Below, one piece after another: positions 50,101-63,012 of a DNA stretch of 64,000 nt (position 1 is the stretch's first letter; each line of letters starts with the position of its first letter). Both the position numbers and the translations under genes were made by a program. The notes below the pieces were generated by a model. It had not been told where the DNA came from. It saw only the letters and a program-made list of their open reading frames with translations, and made no database searches. The stretch comes from Guillardia theta CCMP2712 (lineage: Eukaryota > Protista > Cryptophyta). The stretch covers positions 587,139 to 651,138 of the forward strand of contig NW_005434658.1 of assembly GCF_000315625.1 (NCBI RefSeq), in the 5' to 3' direction.

Positions 50101-53100
50101 ATTTGAAGGCTCAGGAGAGTCAACGTGCGAGGGTCAAGTCGACTGTGCCATGGCGCTCGACGTTCTGTCTGCGTGCATGCTGGGGAGCAGCAGGGTGAGA
50201 GAAGGAGACTGGGGTGAGGGAGGAGGGGGAGAAGTCTCGGAGACCAAGACAAGGAAGGAGAACAGCGGCATCGGAACTGGACTGAGGAGGCTCAAGGCGG
50301 AGGAGTGCGTCACGCTCGCTCTGCTCATCGTCTGCGAGAGTCTGGCAAACGAGCAGCGGGGAAGCATCAGAATGGGGAGGATCCAGCTGCTGCTGGAGGG
50401 AGTCGCCAACGAGACTTGCTCGGCGAGTGCCGTGCGAGATTGCCTGCTCGATATCTTGACAGGGGCACACGGGGACTCTGAGGCAGGAAGTGAAGGGGAT
50501 GAGAGAGGGATGGAAAGGGGGAAGGTCGACAGGGTCGATGCTTCCTTGGAGCTGAAGTTTGCAGCTCTAGACCTCTACGAGCGACTCAGGATGTCCCTTC
50601 CTCTCCAGCTGTCTGCAAGAGCAGCGGGATTGCCAGTCGTTGCCCAGCAGGAGCTCTTGCAGATCATGCAGGAGCTCAAGGGGGATAGCAGGAAAACTTC
50701 TTCGAGCACTGCGCTGATCCGACAAACTGCCAAGTTGGACAGGCTGTTGCAGGTTTGTGACTGTGACGATCTTGTCTAGTCACCCTTTCTTTGGCTCATT
50801 GTTCTTGGTTTTAATCCCAACCCCTCCATCCCTCTGATCTCTCGCTCCTGTTCTTTGCTCATGGACGGCTAGCACTTGACCTGACCTTGACCGCAGAACG
50901 TCTTGATCTTCCTGCAAGACAAGTCCAAGGCCCAGGAAGCCATCGTGGTCGCCCGACAGATCGCATGCGCCCATCCCGCGCTCATCGCGAACCACATGCT
51001 CTCCATCCGCTCCCTCTGCTCGGGCAAGGCGATGCTGCGACTCGCGGACTTCGTCGAGGTGGGAACATGCCCTTTCAGCTGGGGTGTATGTGAAGGTTGA
51101 TGGCAGAGGAACGGACCCCAGCTCTTTTCCCACGTCATCACCATCCTAGAAGCTGCGAAGCCTTTTTCGCTCAACAGCCCGTGAGCCACTCTTGCTCCCC
51201 ATCCTGCTGCTGCTGTGTCTGTAGCTTTTGCTCCTCCTCCTCGCTATCGTCCTCGTCTTTTCGTGCTCGTCCAGATCATTTATCTCCTCTCCCTTCTACC
51301 TGCTTCTCTTCTGGCCGGACTTTCTCGCCTTCGCCTGGTCTGACAGGATCCACCAGTGCGCTCTCTCTCGTCCTCGAAGAATTCTTCTTCCTCTACGCCA
51401 GCACCGCCAGGAGGGAGGAGCTGCTGAAGCCGCTGCTGAGCAAGTTCATGGTGCGTTGCTGCCTCTAGGTGCCCCTGAGCTGACGACACGCCAGGGACTT
51501 TGCCTGAGTGTCGTCAAGTCCAGCTCACCCTCAGCTGGACACGTCAGAGAGTAATAAATTACTTGACACCTTCGGTGCTGCCAGTTGTCTGACAATTGAA
51601 CAAGGAATGTTCCCCTCCTCGAGAAGCTCTGCGGTTGGTACCCAGGTGATACTTCTTCCAATCCTTCTCGCCCCTCTCCTTCTCTCCTTCTCTCTTTCGT
51701 CTGCTGCTTCGCTGCTGTCCTCTTTCCTCCTGACTTGTTGCAAGACGTTCCCGAGTTGCAAGCCCTCCTGGAGTTGCTCAACCCGTCGAGCTTCGTGAAG
51801 GTCTGTGTGAGGAGGAGGAGGAGGAGGAGGAGGAGGAGGTGGTGGTGGTGGTGGTGGTGGTGGTGGCGTACTGGCGTTGACGGCCTTGCAGGGATTGGGA
51901 CTGCAAGAACTTCACGGTGCCAGCCGTCAAGTGGAAGACATATCGTGAGTCAAAGCAATTTCTCCTCCTCCTTTCCCTCTCCCTTTTTCTCTCCTGCTCT
52001 TCTTTCTCTTCTTGCTCTCTTTTCCGTTCCTGTTTCCTTCCCTTGCCTGGAGCTCCTTTACCTTGAGATTCCCTCCCTCCTCTCTCCTTGCTCTTCCCCT
52101 CCTCCTCTCCTTCCTGCTGACACTCCAGCAGCTCGCGTCTTCGACTGAGGAGGAGCATCCGCATGATTGGGACAGGAGAGCGAGCGAGCGAGGACGAGTC
52201 CTCTGCCTACCGCGGTCTGACGCAGGTGGGAGGAGGCGCGTTGACCCTTCGAGCGCTGACGCAGCCCAGGCGCTGGAGGAGGCAGACGCTCTCATCACTG
52301 AGGAAGTAAACTTGCAGACGCTGTCCTGCCTTGAGAGGCCTCTGCTGGACCTGGTGAGTGCAGGGAGGACTGAGGAGGAGGAGGAGGGAGGGGGGAGGTG
52401 TTGGAGGAGGAGGAGGAGGAGGAGGAGGAGAAGTGAGAAGTGAGAAGGAGGACGAGGAGGAGAAGTGAGAAGGAGGAGGAGGAGGAGGAGGACAAAAAGA
52501 AGGAGGACGAGAAGGAGGAGTGAGAAGGAGGTCGAGGAGGAGAAGTGAGAAGGAGGAGGAGGACTGTGTGTCTGTGGGGGTTCAACGAGGAAGGAGGAGA
52601 TAGAGATGATCATAGTGACAGCTGAGGGCGATTATGGGGGAGGAGAGAGGAATGTAGACAATGACTCATTTCACTGCAGACAACAGCTCGAAGCTCTTCT
52701 ATCCGCATTCTCGTCTATCGCCTCCTCCTCCGCCTTGCGCGGATCCTCCCTGAATCGGCTACTCGAATAGCCAACAAGTATGATCTCTCCTCTAAACCCT
52801 TCTCATCCTCCTGCTCTTCTCCTGCTTCTTCCGCTCCCGTTCTCTTCTCCACTCAACCTCTCTCATCGTGGTGCAGGCACTTCCTCTGCATGTGCTCTGA
52901 AGACGATGGTGTTCAGCTTTCTGCCACAAGCTTTGCTTCCCAAGTGAGTCTCGTACTTACGTCACCTCTACTCCTCCTCTCCCTCTCTCCTCTCCTCCAC
53001 TCCTCCATCCATACCTGAACACCTGCCTGCCTACAGATGGTTCACATTTCTGCTCCTACGGCACCGAAAGTTTTGCGGAAGCTGCTGGCCATGGTGGGAC

Positions 53101-53383
53101 CTTGGTGCTTGCGTAGAGTTCTGATGACGAGGGCAGGCGCGAGGAGGAAGCAAGACGGCAGAGAAAGAACTGATGCGCGCGGTGCAATCAGGTGAGGGGC
53201 TGGCAAGAGATTGTGAGCGAAGGGGAAGGAGGAGGAGGAGGAGGAGGAGGGGGAGGGGGAGGTGGAGTGGGAGGAAGGGAATGAAAAGGAGAGTGAGGGC
53301 GATTGAGGAAAATGGAGTGGCAAGGGAGGTGAGAGGCTGAAAGGTCTTGCAGGGTTGGAGTATCACTGCTTAGAGGCTCGGTG
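44196..53383 (+). CDS. INTS1: Integrator complex subunit 1 (multi-exon) with lineage-specific inserted domains
   Basis: WPISLVQAYLEDASEKRMWVDIPQASVLVSNILTAF, VRPRF, IRKMVVQKLDFWINNP, WSSIPTVRVMLQM and LGNILRQSRNPDMLL match INTS1 blocks. The C-terminal HPALIANH..IRSLCSGK and FLCMCSEDD region does too. Confidence 0.88.
51809..51866 (+). repeat. (GAG)n-(GTG)n microsatellite in an INTS1 intron
   Basis: Directly visible just after a GT donor at ~51801. Confidence 0.85.
52364..52600 (+). repeat. Purine-rich low-complexity repeat (GAGGAG/GAGAAGTGAGAAG units) in an INTS1 intron
   Basis: Directly visible between a GTGAGT donor at ~52354 and a ...CTGCAG acceptor at ~52679. Confidence 0.75.
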
Positions 53384-53430
53384 AGAGGGAGGAGGAGCTG
53401 TAAATGTACAACCATGCACGCCTCAGTCCT

Positions 53431-56400
53431 TTACTCCGGGGGCATCAAGAGGTCCCGCGCCTGCATCTTCTCCAGCTCCAGTCGGCTCTGGTACTTCCTC
53501 TCCTCCTCCTTCCTCTGCTCCGCCTGCCGCTGCTTCTCTTCCAGCTCCTTTTGCTTCGCCTCCCTCATCCTCGCCTAGCGCCGAGAGTTAGGGGCGGCGG
53601 CACATAAAGCAAGCAGGGATACAATCCAGAGGTCAGGATAATTCTTCTCCAGCCGCTTCCGCGTCAGGATCTGCCGCACTTTAGTCCAATGCCATCTCCC
53701 CCATTGTTCTCCTTCCCACCTCCTGCTGTTCCCCCAGCTCCTCTCCCACCCCCTCCCTCGTCCTCTCCCTCTCCCAGCGCCCCTCCTCCTCCCTCACATC
53801 TTCGATCTCGAATCCTCGCTGTGCTTCTGTCGTCCAGAGCAGCTCGAATCCCTTGCCATCCATCAGTCAGAATGTCCTTCGTCTCTCTTCCAAACCCCAC
53901 TCCCTCCTCCTCTCCCTCCTCCCCTCCTCTCCTCTCCCTCCTCCCCTTCTCTCCTCTCCCCCTTCCCCTTCCCCTTTTCCCCCATCTACCACGAGATTCT
54001 TCGGAACGCATCCTGAGTACGTCAAGTTCTCCATGAGAGCGGCAAACGCCGGCAGACTCTCTGCCTCCATGGCAGTCCGAGCGGAGGCGATGAGCTTTTT
54101 GCTGTAGCAGGTCAGACAGACGGGACAGGGGGGGGAAGGGATTACGCGGAGTCAGATTTGGGGAGGCAGAGGTTGACCTGGGCGACTCGTCACTTTCATC
54201 TCAACCCGTCAAGTTGATGACTACCATCAGTGTCGCCACGCAATGAGGCTCAGGGAAGCCGAAGGCCGCTCGGTTCGCAATGGCGAACTTTCTCTCTTTC
54301 TCCTCCTGCTCCTTCGAGCTCTGAAGGCTCTGTGCTTCTTCTATGACCAGTTCAGTCTGCACCTGCTCCGCACTGTCCTGATCTGGCTCTACAAACTCTT
54401 CCAGCTTGTCCATGACCTCGTCGAGCATCGCCTGCATGTCGTTGCTCAGAGTTTCCGCCGGGTCCTTGTTGTTGTCTTGCAAGTCAGTCATGTACACGCA
54501 CAACTTATCAAAGAATCTGAGAGAGATTCGCTCCTGCAGCTCCTTGTTTCTCTTCAGGACAGTCCACTGCCACCTGGGCAGCATCAGCTTGCAAGCCGTG
54601 ACCTGCTGTAAAGTCTGGTTCGACAGGGTCAGGTTGGAAGTCTCCCCTTGCGAGATGTTTATCCCGAGAGCATTGAGGTCGAAGATGACGTAATCATCCA
54701 GCTGCTTCTCTAGCTCTTCGCTCTCCCCGATCAAGGAGATTAAGCTGTCTGCCCTGCGATGTCGTTCCTCCTTGTTCGAGTCGTTCTGCGGCACTTCTTC
54801 TCCCATCTCTACAACTTCATCTCTCCCTAAGACGCCTTTGGAAACAATCCTGCTGAAGGATTTTGACTGCACCGTCCTCTTCAAGGCCTCTTCGAGTTTT
54901 TCCGACTGCAGCATACCGATGTAAGATAAGTGGAGTGAAGGAGAGTGAAATTCACCTTTTCTCGGTCGTTGCTCCTCCACCGAAAGTTGAGCACGCAAGA
55001 CTGAATGAGTTCGTTGCCCACATCTGTCGTGACCAATTTCACATCAACATGTCACGATGGGGCATCTCACCTCTGACGACATCTTTGAGAGTCATGTCCA
55101 CTGGGAGCGAGAAATTTTCAGATGACTGCTGAGCTGCTACTTCAGCTTCGTACTCCTCAAGCGTCTTCGACGCATTTGCGAGGGCGAGCAGAGACGAATC
55201 GTTTGAAGTCTGCCACGTGAAGTTTTGACTCTCTGGTTCCATAATCATTGAAGGGAAATTCCCTGTCGACACCTTGTCGGATTCTGAAAGTGAGCTTATG
55301 ATTTGTCCAATGGAGGGAGCCTTCTCATCGGGAGCTGCGAACTGCAAGCCATCGATTAAGAGTGATTCAGGGTTTGACATGGCAATCAGAACGTTCTTGG
55401 CTTCCTGCATAATTCTGTAGAGCTCAGTTGCGAACATTGACGTGCATTCCAACTCTTCCAACTCCTTGCGAATTGATTCATCGATCCCATCCAACACCCA
55501 TTCTACTTCTACTGGAATTCTGTTGCTGTCTTGAGCCATGCCTGCGTCTTGTTTCCTTTGCACCGTTGAGTTCTTCAAGTCATTTGTCATCGCCTCCCCT
55601 GCAGTCTCTTCATCAGCATTTTCTCTCAAGATCTTCACCATATCATCGGCTGAATTCACCACGTTCCAGTCAAAGTCTTTCCCCAAGTTTATCCCTGACG
55701 ATACGTTCTGAAGTTGGAGACCGGACAGCTTGAGAACGTCGGCCGGAGTGTTGAAATTTCTTCCCCTCTCCTTGTGATACCACTCCTTCAGCTCCTGGAT
55801 GAGCCTCAAATTCTCCTCCTTGACTGCCTTGAAATCTTCTGGAAAGTCTTTCTTCCAGTCATCACCGTACTCCTCCGTATAGAGCTTGTTGAAATCCGCC
55901 TTCCTGATATCGATGAATCGATCATCATCATCATCCATCATCCCTCCTGTCTTGTTCGCCTCCTTCCACTCCTCAGCTGTGGCAAGGGGAAGCTCCCTCC
56001 TCTTGCGAACTTCCTGCAGTCTTTTCAGGTATCCTCCTGTCTTGTTAAAGAGAATCTTGTGAACTCGATCTTGGTTTGCTGCTCGACGATCTTCGATGAA
56101 TTCTTGCTCCTCGATGCTCCTCGTCGACGGAGGTATCATGGCGTACTCCACAGGAGCCTTCCGTCGGGGGTTCATCCACAAGATCTCCTTCCAGTCTCCC
56201 GCACCATCTTCAACAAGTTCGATGGCTTCTGCGCGCTTCTCGAGTGCGATTCCCGTGATGGCAGGTTTCGGCTTCTCATCCCATGACCCCACTTGGAACT
56301 CCCCTGGCTTGTGGGGGTACTCATCGACTGGGACGCCACGGAACTCCTCCTCCATTAAGGTGTTCTCCCAGGCCTCAAACGCCTTCTCCACCTCCGACGC

Positions 56401-57542
56401 TTTGAACTCGTCGGCGACGACTCGATGGACTACGACGTCCTGCCGAGTAGCGTTTAAGAAAACCATGGAGGAGTACCGGACTGCTGCCGCCAACACTTGA
56501 TTCTCGGGCAGACTTTCCTTCTCTATAACCCCATTCTCATCAAAATCGATTGGAAAAATTTCTTCAGCAGCCTTACGAGCAATAGTCTGGCACGTCTGGA
56601 TCAGTCGAACTGCATCGTCCCCTGAACAACGATCTGTGCTTTGATCACAAGGATGGAATTGGCTTTCTGGTACCGAAAGCAGACCCCTCTGATCGCTCTC
56701 CAGATCTGAAGTCTGACCAAGTAGATACCGAAAAAGACGAAAGAGCCAGTGACAACAGGATCTATCATGCCAGCAACGATTTGGCTCCTAGGAATGTCAC
56801 TCTCTCCGTAAATCAACAACGCCGGGTCTCGGAGCCGTTCTAGTACCCACCTCTCATCCATCTGCTGTGAACTTTGATATAGAGCATCCGCCTCTTCCAT
56901 CATTATCAACTTCCATCTTGCACTTGCTTGGATCCTTGCCCAGGATTCCTGGAACATCGTCTGTGGCCGAAACCCTGCTCGGCTCAGAATGTTTCCTTCG
57001 CCGTTGGCGGGGGTTTGCTGGGGATTGACATACTCTGGGGTCTGCTTTTCGGGCTTATTTGGGCCAGATTCGATGCAAACATGTCCAATGCCGTTAAATG
57101 TGGGAACAGGTATGCAGATTGACGCCGCTTGCGCTGCGTTCAGTTGGATTGAGAGAGAAAGGAAAATGGTCAGAAATGATAAAACTAAGAGTTTGATGCG
57201 CTGCGCCATCCATTTCCACAAGAGCACAAGTTTGAGTACAACCTTTTTCTGCAGAGGCACACCATCTCCATATCCGCTCTCATCCACATGGTTGGTTTTC
57301 AAAAGACAGGTAGTCCTCGTTGGAGCTCCCTGCCTTATGAAATGGTAGAGCGCAGTCTGCATCGGCCTTTCTCTGCCTCCAAGTGAACAAGTCCATGCCG
57401 ATCTGCCAGGATTTCGGGTGTAGCATGGTTTTGGCGAGTTCAGAATGAAAGAATCTGTGCAGCAGACAGCTGCAAGCAGCAGAAGATTCCTCAAACCCAA
57501 GGGCAGCCAGGTACCGTGCACAGATCGCTTCATAGTCCCCAC
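53431..57542 (-). CDS. Nucleus-encoded, putatively plastid/thylakoid-targeted protein of unknown function with a large acidic domain
   Basis: The N-terminus has a signal peptide LLLLAAVCCTDS|F, a Ser/Thr/Arg-rich transit-like stretch and a second hydrophobic segment ending NAAQA|A, then a TM segment VVTGSFVFFGIYLV. ORFs 56601-57542, 55039-56496 and 54201-54998 are joinable by GT-AG introns. The last exon ends RDLLMPPE* at 53431. Confidence 0.6.
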
Positions 57543-57786
57543 AGATACAACTCACAGACGGTCCTGCCGAGGTCAAAGTTGTCTCATCACCAGCTTACTA
57601 TGCCTCCTCCTCCCTGCCATCGTGCTGCCTGCTGATCAAGTTCTCCTCCTCCCCTCCTCCTCTCATCGTCCTGACAACAACGATGCGGCCCCACACATTT
57701 TTCTGCTCTGAAGGCTGAAAAAAGGGATTTTTGTTTCTTTTTTTTATGTGTAAAGGTAGTCACCAGCTTTCAAACTTTCATGCGCA

Positions 57787-60586
57787 ATGCCGTGGACGTT
57801 GCGAACGATGCCGGGCAAGAGGGACGACAAGGTAAGGAGGTCACGACGAGTCGAGGAGAGAAGAGGAAGTGAAGACAGAGGGAGAGGAGGAGGCGGGGCC
57901 CTACGATGACTCGGAAGCCTCCGAGAGGAGAGAAAGAACTCTAGGAAGAAAGAGGAGACAGATTATGATGAGGAGAAATCGTTGCAAAAATGTGAAGTGA
58001 AAGTGTGTGTAAAGCGATTCTGAAAGGTTTAACTTGATTTGTTTCATTTCAGGACAATGCGTATAAAATATACACACTTTCTACAGATGTAAGTTCCTTC
58101 TTCTTTGGAATTTTTGAAAGCCACGATCGAAACGTTTGGAAGACTTAGCCTTTCTTCACAGCGGACATGGTGGATTGGATCGAGCAAGGAACTCTGCGAC
58201 ATTCATTTGAATCATGATTTCATTGAGAGGTGCCTTCGAGCTGAACTTCGCATGTGACTCAAAGCTCTAGGCGTCACGCCAGTCTTGTACCAGTTGGCGA
58301 AACATGGCAAGTGAGGTGCAATGACACCGAGGTACCATCCTCGTTGTCTTATCGAACATGATCCTTGTTGTCTTATCGAACATGATCCTTGTTGTCTTAT
58401 CGAACATGATCCTTGTTGTCTTATCGAACATGATCCTTGTTGTCTTATCACACATGATCCTTGTTGTCTTATCACACATGATCCTTGTTGTCTTATCACA
58501 CATGACCGATGCTCAGCATGGGACGTACGTTAACGGCCGCAAGGTTCATCAAGTTGAGCTAGAGCATGGAGATGAGATCAGCTTTGGCCTTGGAAGGTGA
58601 GTAACCCGCCAGCTGTAGCATGTTCGAGTGATCCTTCCGCCGCAGAAACATCAGGATGGGAGGTAGCATCCCTGACGTGGCCATCAGAGCGTCGTTCCGG
58701 ATCGAGGAGGTAGCCCATACTGCTCCTCTGCGGGAACTCTTGGGGAACTAAGAGCACCGGCAGGAACGGACGGGCCCTGATGGGAAACCGAAGTACAAGA
58801 TGCTTGTGCTGTGTGCATGTTATCAAGAGCCTTTGACTGGTGCAGTCCCGCCAGGTTGAAGTCAGTGACGGAAATCTCAAACAAGCCGACACCGGGAGGG
58901 AAGGTTCTTTCTCCAGAGGCGGTCAAGATTTTGTTGGAAAAGTTGGACTCGGTAAGAGCCGACGCAGACACGCCCTTAGACGAAGTGATCGGACCGCAGA
59001 CCGAAAGGAAGTTGGCGGCTGCAAACCAGATGCTGGTGGATGAAAGAAGCAGCTTCGAGAAGAGGTGAACAGTCTGCCCTGCCTCCCTTGGTTAGCGTGT
59101 GTTTGAAGCAAAGTTTGGCAAGAGAGGAAGAGCTGCGGAAGCAGCTGCAAGAGGCAGCCTACGTGCTGCGAAGCTCAGTCAAGAAACCCAATCATGAAAG
59201 AACGCAGAAAGACGGAGCTGGCGGATTTTTTGTCTGCCCATCTTGCGGGTGGAAAGAAGATTCTGCCGACCAGTTGTCAAACGAGGTCAAGCCTGACACT
59301 AGGACTCGCCGACCCCTCCACAGCGCGACGAGGAAAGAGCAAATTGCAGATACTCCTGCAAGCTCGAACTTGTCTGTGACGGCAAGGTCAGAGGCGTCAG
59401 ACGTGATGTACTTCTCCGAGTGGACAGGAACTTCCACGACGTCCAACTCGAACTCCAACAGGATCAAGAAGATCCTCAAGTTCGACGAGTCTGCCAACAA
59501 GCTTCACGCATACGAGGACACCAAGAGCCAGAGTCAGCTGCTGGAGGCCTCCGGGGCAGTTCAGATCTCTGACAGCCACATCTACCCTCCTCCCGACCTG
59601 CTCGCTCAACTCGACCAGGAGCTTGCCAAGTCAAGGTCAGCCCTTGAGAGGGAGATGGTGGCCCCTGACTCGTGTCGCCGTAGCAGCACCAGCTCTCTGC
59701 ACTCCATCGTGCAGAAGCTACGAACGCGAGACGAGCTGCGGGAAGACCCGCTGTCTCTCTGGAGCGTGCTGCTGTCAAGAACGCCGACGTTGAGCACGCC
59801 CGAGGGAGGCAGCCGTCAGATCGACATGCGGGACTTGATAGTCTTCGGAAGGGTGAGGACGGATCGTCAGTCCTGCCAGCTGCTTCTCATCATGTTGCAC
59901 AAGGTGTGGAAGGGGCTGATGGAAGAGAGGTTGAGATGTTATCGCGCGGAGATCGTCGAGATGAGGTTGAGGCCCTTCCTTATGCTCCACCAAACTCAAA
60001 CCTGACAACAGGGGGTACACGAACCCTCCTCAAGTTCTCTGCCAGCTCTGGGAAGTAGGGGGACTCTTGACTTCATGGCCACGTCCTGACACGGCTGTGT
60101 GCTCAGGTCATCCTCTCCATCCTCGGGAACCAGTACGTCAACCAGAACAGGCACGCGAGCAGGGAGGACGCGCTTGTCGGCTCATCGTGTCTGCAGGATG
60201 TGCGACTGGAACGTGCTGAAGAAGTACATCGACCTCGGCCTCAACAAGAAGGGTGCGTCCTCTACCCATGACCTCTCCTCCCTGACTCTCCTCGTCGCCG
60301 CTCAGGCGAGCTGATCGCCCAGATGCGAAGCTTCGACCCCCTGGCTGCGGGCGACGAGCTCTCTGCTCCCTCCCAGGTCCTCGCCGTCCTCCCTCCTCTT
60401 CTGCTCAGCGACCTGCAGATCCTTGGAGGCATCAGCAAGCAAGCGGCGGAGAGAGCAGGGGAGGTAACCGGGCTGCTCTACCACTGGGCCAGCCTGCAGG
60501 TCAGGAAAGCTCTTGACTTCCACCATGATATGTTTTGCAGGTCCAGCTGTGGGAGCTCGGCAAGGCATGCAGGCATTCTCGGATAG
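57787..60586 (+). CDS. FHA-domain protein with coiled coil
   Basis: Spliced exons give WWIGSSKELCDIHLNHDFIER|RHASLVPVGETWQVRCNDTE|HGTYVNGRKVHQVELEHGDEISFG (FHA consensus). ORF 59040-60005 continues the gene. The 3' end is approximate. Confidence 0.75.
58333..58500 (+). repeat. 24-bp minisatellite, 7 copies (CATGATCCTTGTTGTCTTATC[GAA/ACA]), filling intron 58332-58516
   Basis: Directly visible head-to-tail copies without spacers. The first four end in GAA and the last three in ACA. Confidence 0.95.
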
Positions 60587-61039
60587 CGCAGGTGCGCCAT
60601 GGCCTCGTGTAGGCTGAAAATCTCACAAAGATGCAGCACATCTCGACGCAAAGTTCGTGAGGAATGTCATGGTGGGACCCGAGAGAGAACTGTTTGAAGT
60701 CTTGATGCATGTAAACAAATGAACACCTTGTACCTGCGCCTTGATGCAGCACCCGCTCATGGTCTTGTTGGCAGCATATCAAGGTGTTGTTGGGGGTGGG
60801 TCTGGGGGTGGATGGGGTAGAGTTTAGTAGTAAAGCGAGATTTTGTCCCCCGTCCAGGGAGGAGGAGGAAGGGGAGGGGGGAGAGGGAGAAGACGCTGGA
60901 GGAGAGGGAGGAGATGGCCAGTGAGTGGAGACAAGGGGCCTGACGAGGAAGGGATGGGGGAGGGAGCGGTGAAGGATGGAACATGGGAGCTGCACAAGGG
61001 GAGGGCCGAGGAACACGCCAGGTTCACCACGGCACCTCC

Positions 61040-63012
61040 ATGGTCATGACGACGAAGGTAGAGGAGACCAAGGCCAGCCAGCCCCCCCCTTCCCTTCAGA
61101 AGTGCACATCGAGCTGTTTGCTTGCCATCCTGCTAGCGGTGCTTTCCTCCCCCCTCTCCCTCGGAGATGCAGGCGAGGATCAAGTGGACCTGACCAGGTT
61201 CCCTCCCGTCCCCCTGACAAGGCATGCTGTCATCGAGCAGGTATGGCAGCACCCGGACCATGAACTCACGAGCGACCCTGCATTCCCGGAGTACGTCGAG
61301 CTCCTCTCTGACCTCGGAGAGCTCATCGCCGTCCCCGACCGCAGGCATGACGCCATCAAACTCATCAGGTGGGGCAAGGCGCAGTATCCGCAGTTCTCCT
61401 CCCCCAACAACTACCTTGCCGTGTCGCTGATGCGATTGGGAGGGGACGAGAACTTGCAAGAAGCGCAGGAGCTGCTCGAGGACGCTGTAGAGTCCTGGAA
61501 CCTGGACATGATGGCTCAGAACAACCTGGGAGTTGTCTGGGAGACCCGGGGGAGGCTCGAAGATGCGTATGAGTGCTATCAGTTCGCAATCGAGGGGCTG
61601 GACCAGGAGTGCTTCCTGCATTTATCTTGTATCATCAATGCAAACAAGGTCTTGCTCAACATGGCCAGGATGCATCAGGCGAAGAAGGACTACCGCTCGG
61701 CCGCCAGGTTCTACCAGCTCGCAGCGAGACTGTACGAGAGGATCTCGGGGTGCTCGTACCCTCACATGCAGGAGCACGTCAGGGGGCGCGGCGCCTTCCG
61801 CCCTTGCAAGGACGTTGCCGCAGCCCGGTACTCTCGATCGCTAGAGCATCTCATGACTGCGATGCTGCACGAGGAGGAAGGGAACAAGTCGATGTCCGAC
61901 AAGAGCAGGGTCAGGAACTGCTACCTCTCCTCTTCCTCCTTCGCTCATTCTCGCTGCAGAGATCCGCGAGGCGGTACCTCCTCCAGAGCCTCGTCCTGCC
62001 GGACTTTTTCTTCGATCCCCCAAGGCAGATCCTGACAAGGGAGGACGAGCCCTTAGTGAGGAGGCTGCGATTCGAGTCGATCTTTCAGAGGAAGTTCTGG
62101 TGTGTTTCCTTCTTCCCCCATCGCTGCCCCCTCCTCCTTCCTCCTCACTTGGTCGACGTGCAGGTCCCCCGAATCGGAGAGTGCTTCCGGCCCAGGCTCG
62201 AACGCCGACATGACAGCGGGCGTTCAAGAGCTTCTCCACGAGGTGGGGCTTAGCCCACAGACCTCGTCCTCCTCATCGCTGCTGTAGGTGATGACCGACC
62301 TTGGCCTCAGCTCCCTGCTGGATATAGGATGCGGGGACTGGTTTTGGATGAGCAGGACGAACTTGACAGGAGTGAGATACGTGGGTGTGGACATCGTGCA
62401 CGACATCATCGCCTCCAACATCCGCCATGTGCAGCAGAGGACGAGAGAGTGCGCGGGCGGTGGGAGCAGCCCGGGCGGCGCGTGCTCCTTCCTTCCCCGG
62501 TCTGTGCGTTTCGGGCAGGAGGACGCGGTGCAAGGGCTAGAGCCTGCCATGTGTGAATACCAGGAGGAGGGGCAGGTGCGGGCGGGATGCGAGCTAATCT
62601 TTGTGAAAGAAGTCCTAATCCACCTAACTATCAATGACATCAAGAAGGTTCTTGACAACATTCAGGTCCTCCTCTTACGCTTGCGCCTTCACCAACCCGC
62701 GGTCTGATGCTGTCCTCTCAGAATCTCTCGCTTTCGCTCCAAGGAAACCCGCACTACAGGTTCGTCTGCTCTGTCAATACTGGAGCGTCATCATACTCTG
62801 ACTGAAAACTTTCGAGCAGCACGAAGCAAAGATACCTGCTAGTCACGCACGACTCGACTGTCAAGGTCAACAACGACGAAACCATCACTTCCTTCTCGCT
62901 ACCTGGAGGAGGCTGGAGGCCTGTCAACCTCTATCTCCAGCCATTTCTCCTGCCCCCGGCGCTGGTAGAGTTCGAGCAAGGGTTCTCCCTGTGGAAGCTT
63001 CCCTTCGAGTGA
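61040..63012 (+). CDS. Signal-anchored TPR-repeat protein fused to a class I SAM-dependent methyltransferase
   Basis: Hydrophobic CLLAILLAVLSSPLSLG, then TPR motifs (AQNNLGVVWETRGRLEDAYECYQFAIE). The MTase reads FESIFQRKFW|SPESESASGPGS...LSSLLDIGCGDWFWM...YVGVDIV...ELIFVKEVLIHL...YLLVTH...WRPVNLYLQPF...LWKLPFE*. Confidence 0.8.

Noticed and set aside
58333-58500. Regularly spaced 24-bp repeats resembling a CRISPR array or a coding repeat (MILVVLSN)n
   Set aside because: There are no unique spacers, no cas genes, and the context is eukaryotic. The FHA domain reads correctly only if the repeat is spliced out as intron 58332-58516.
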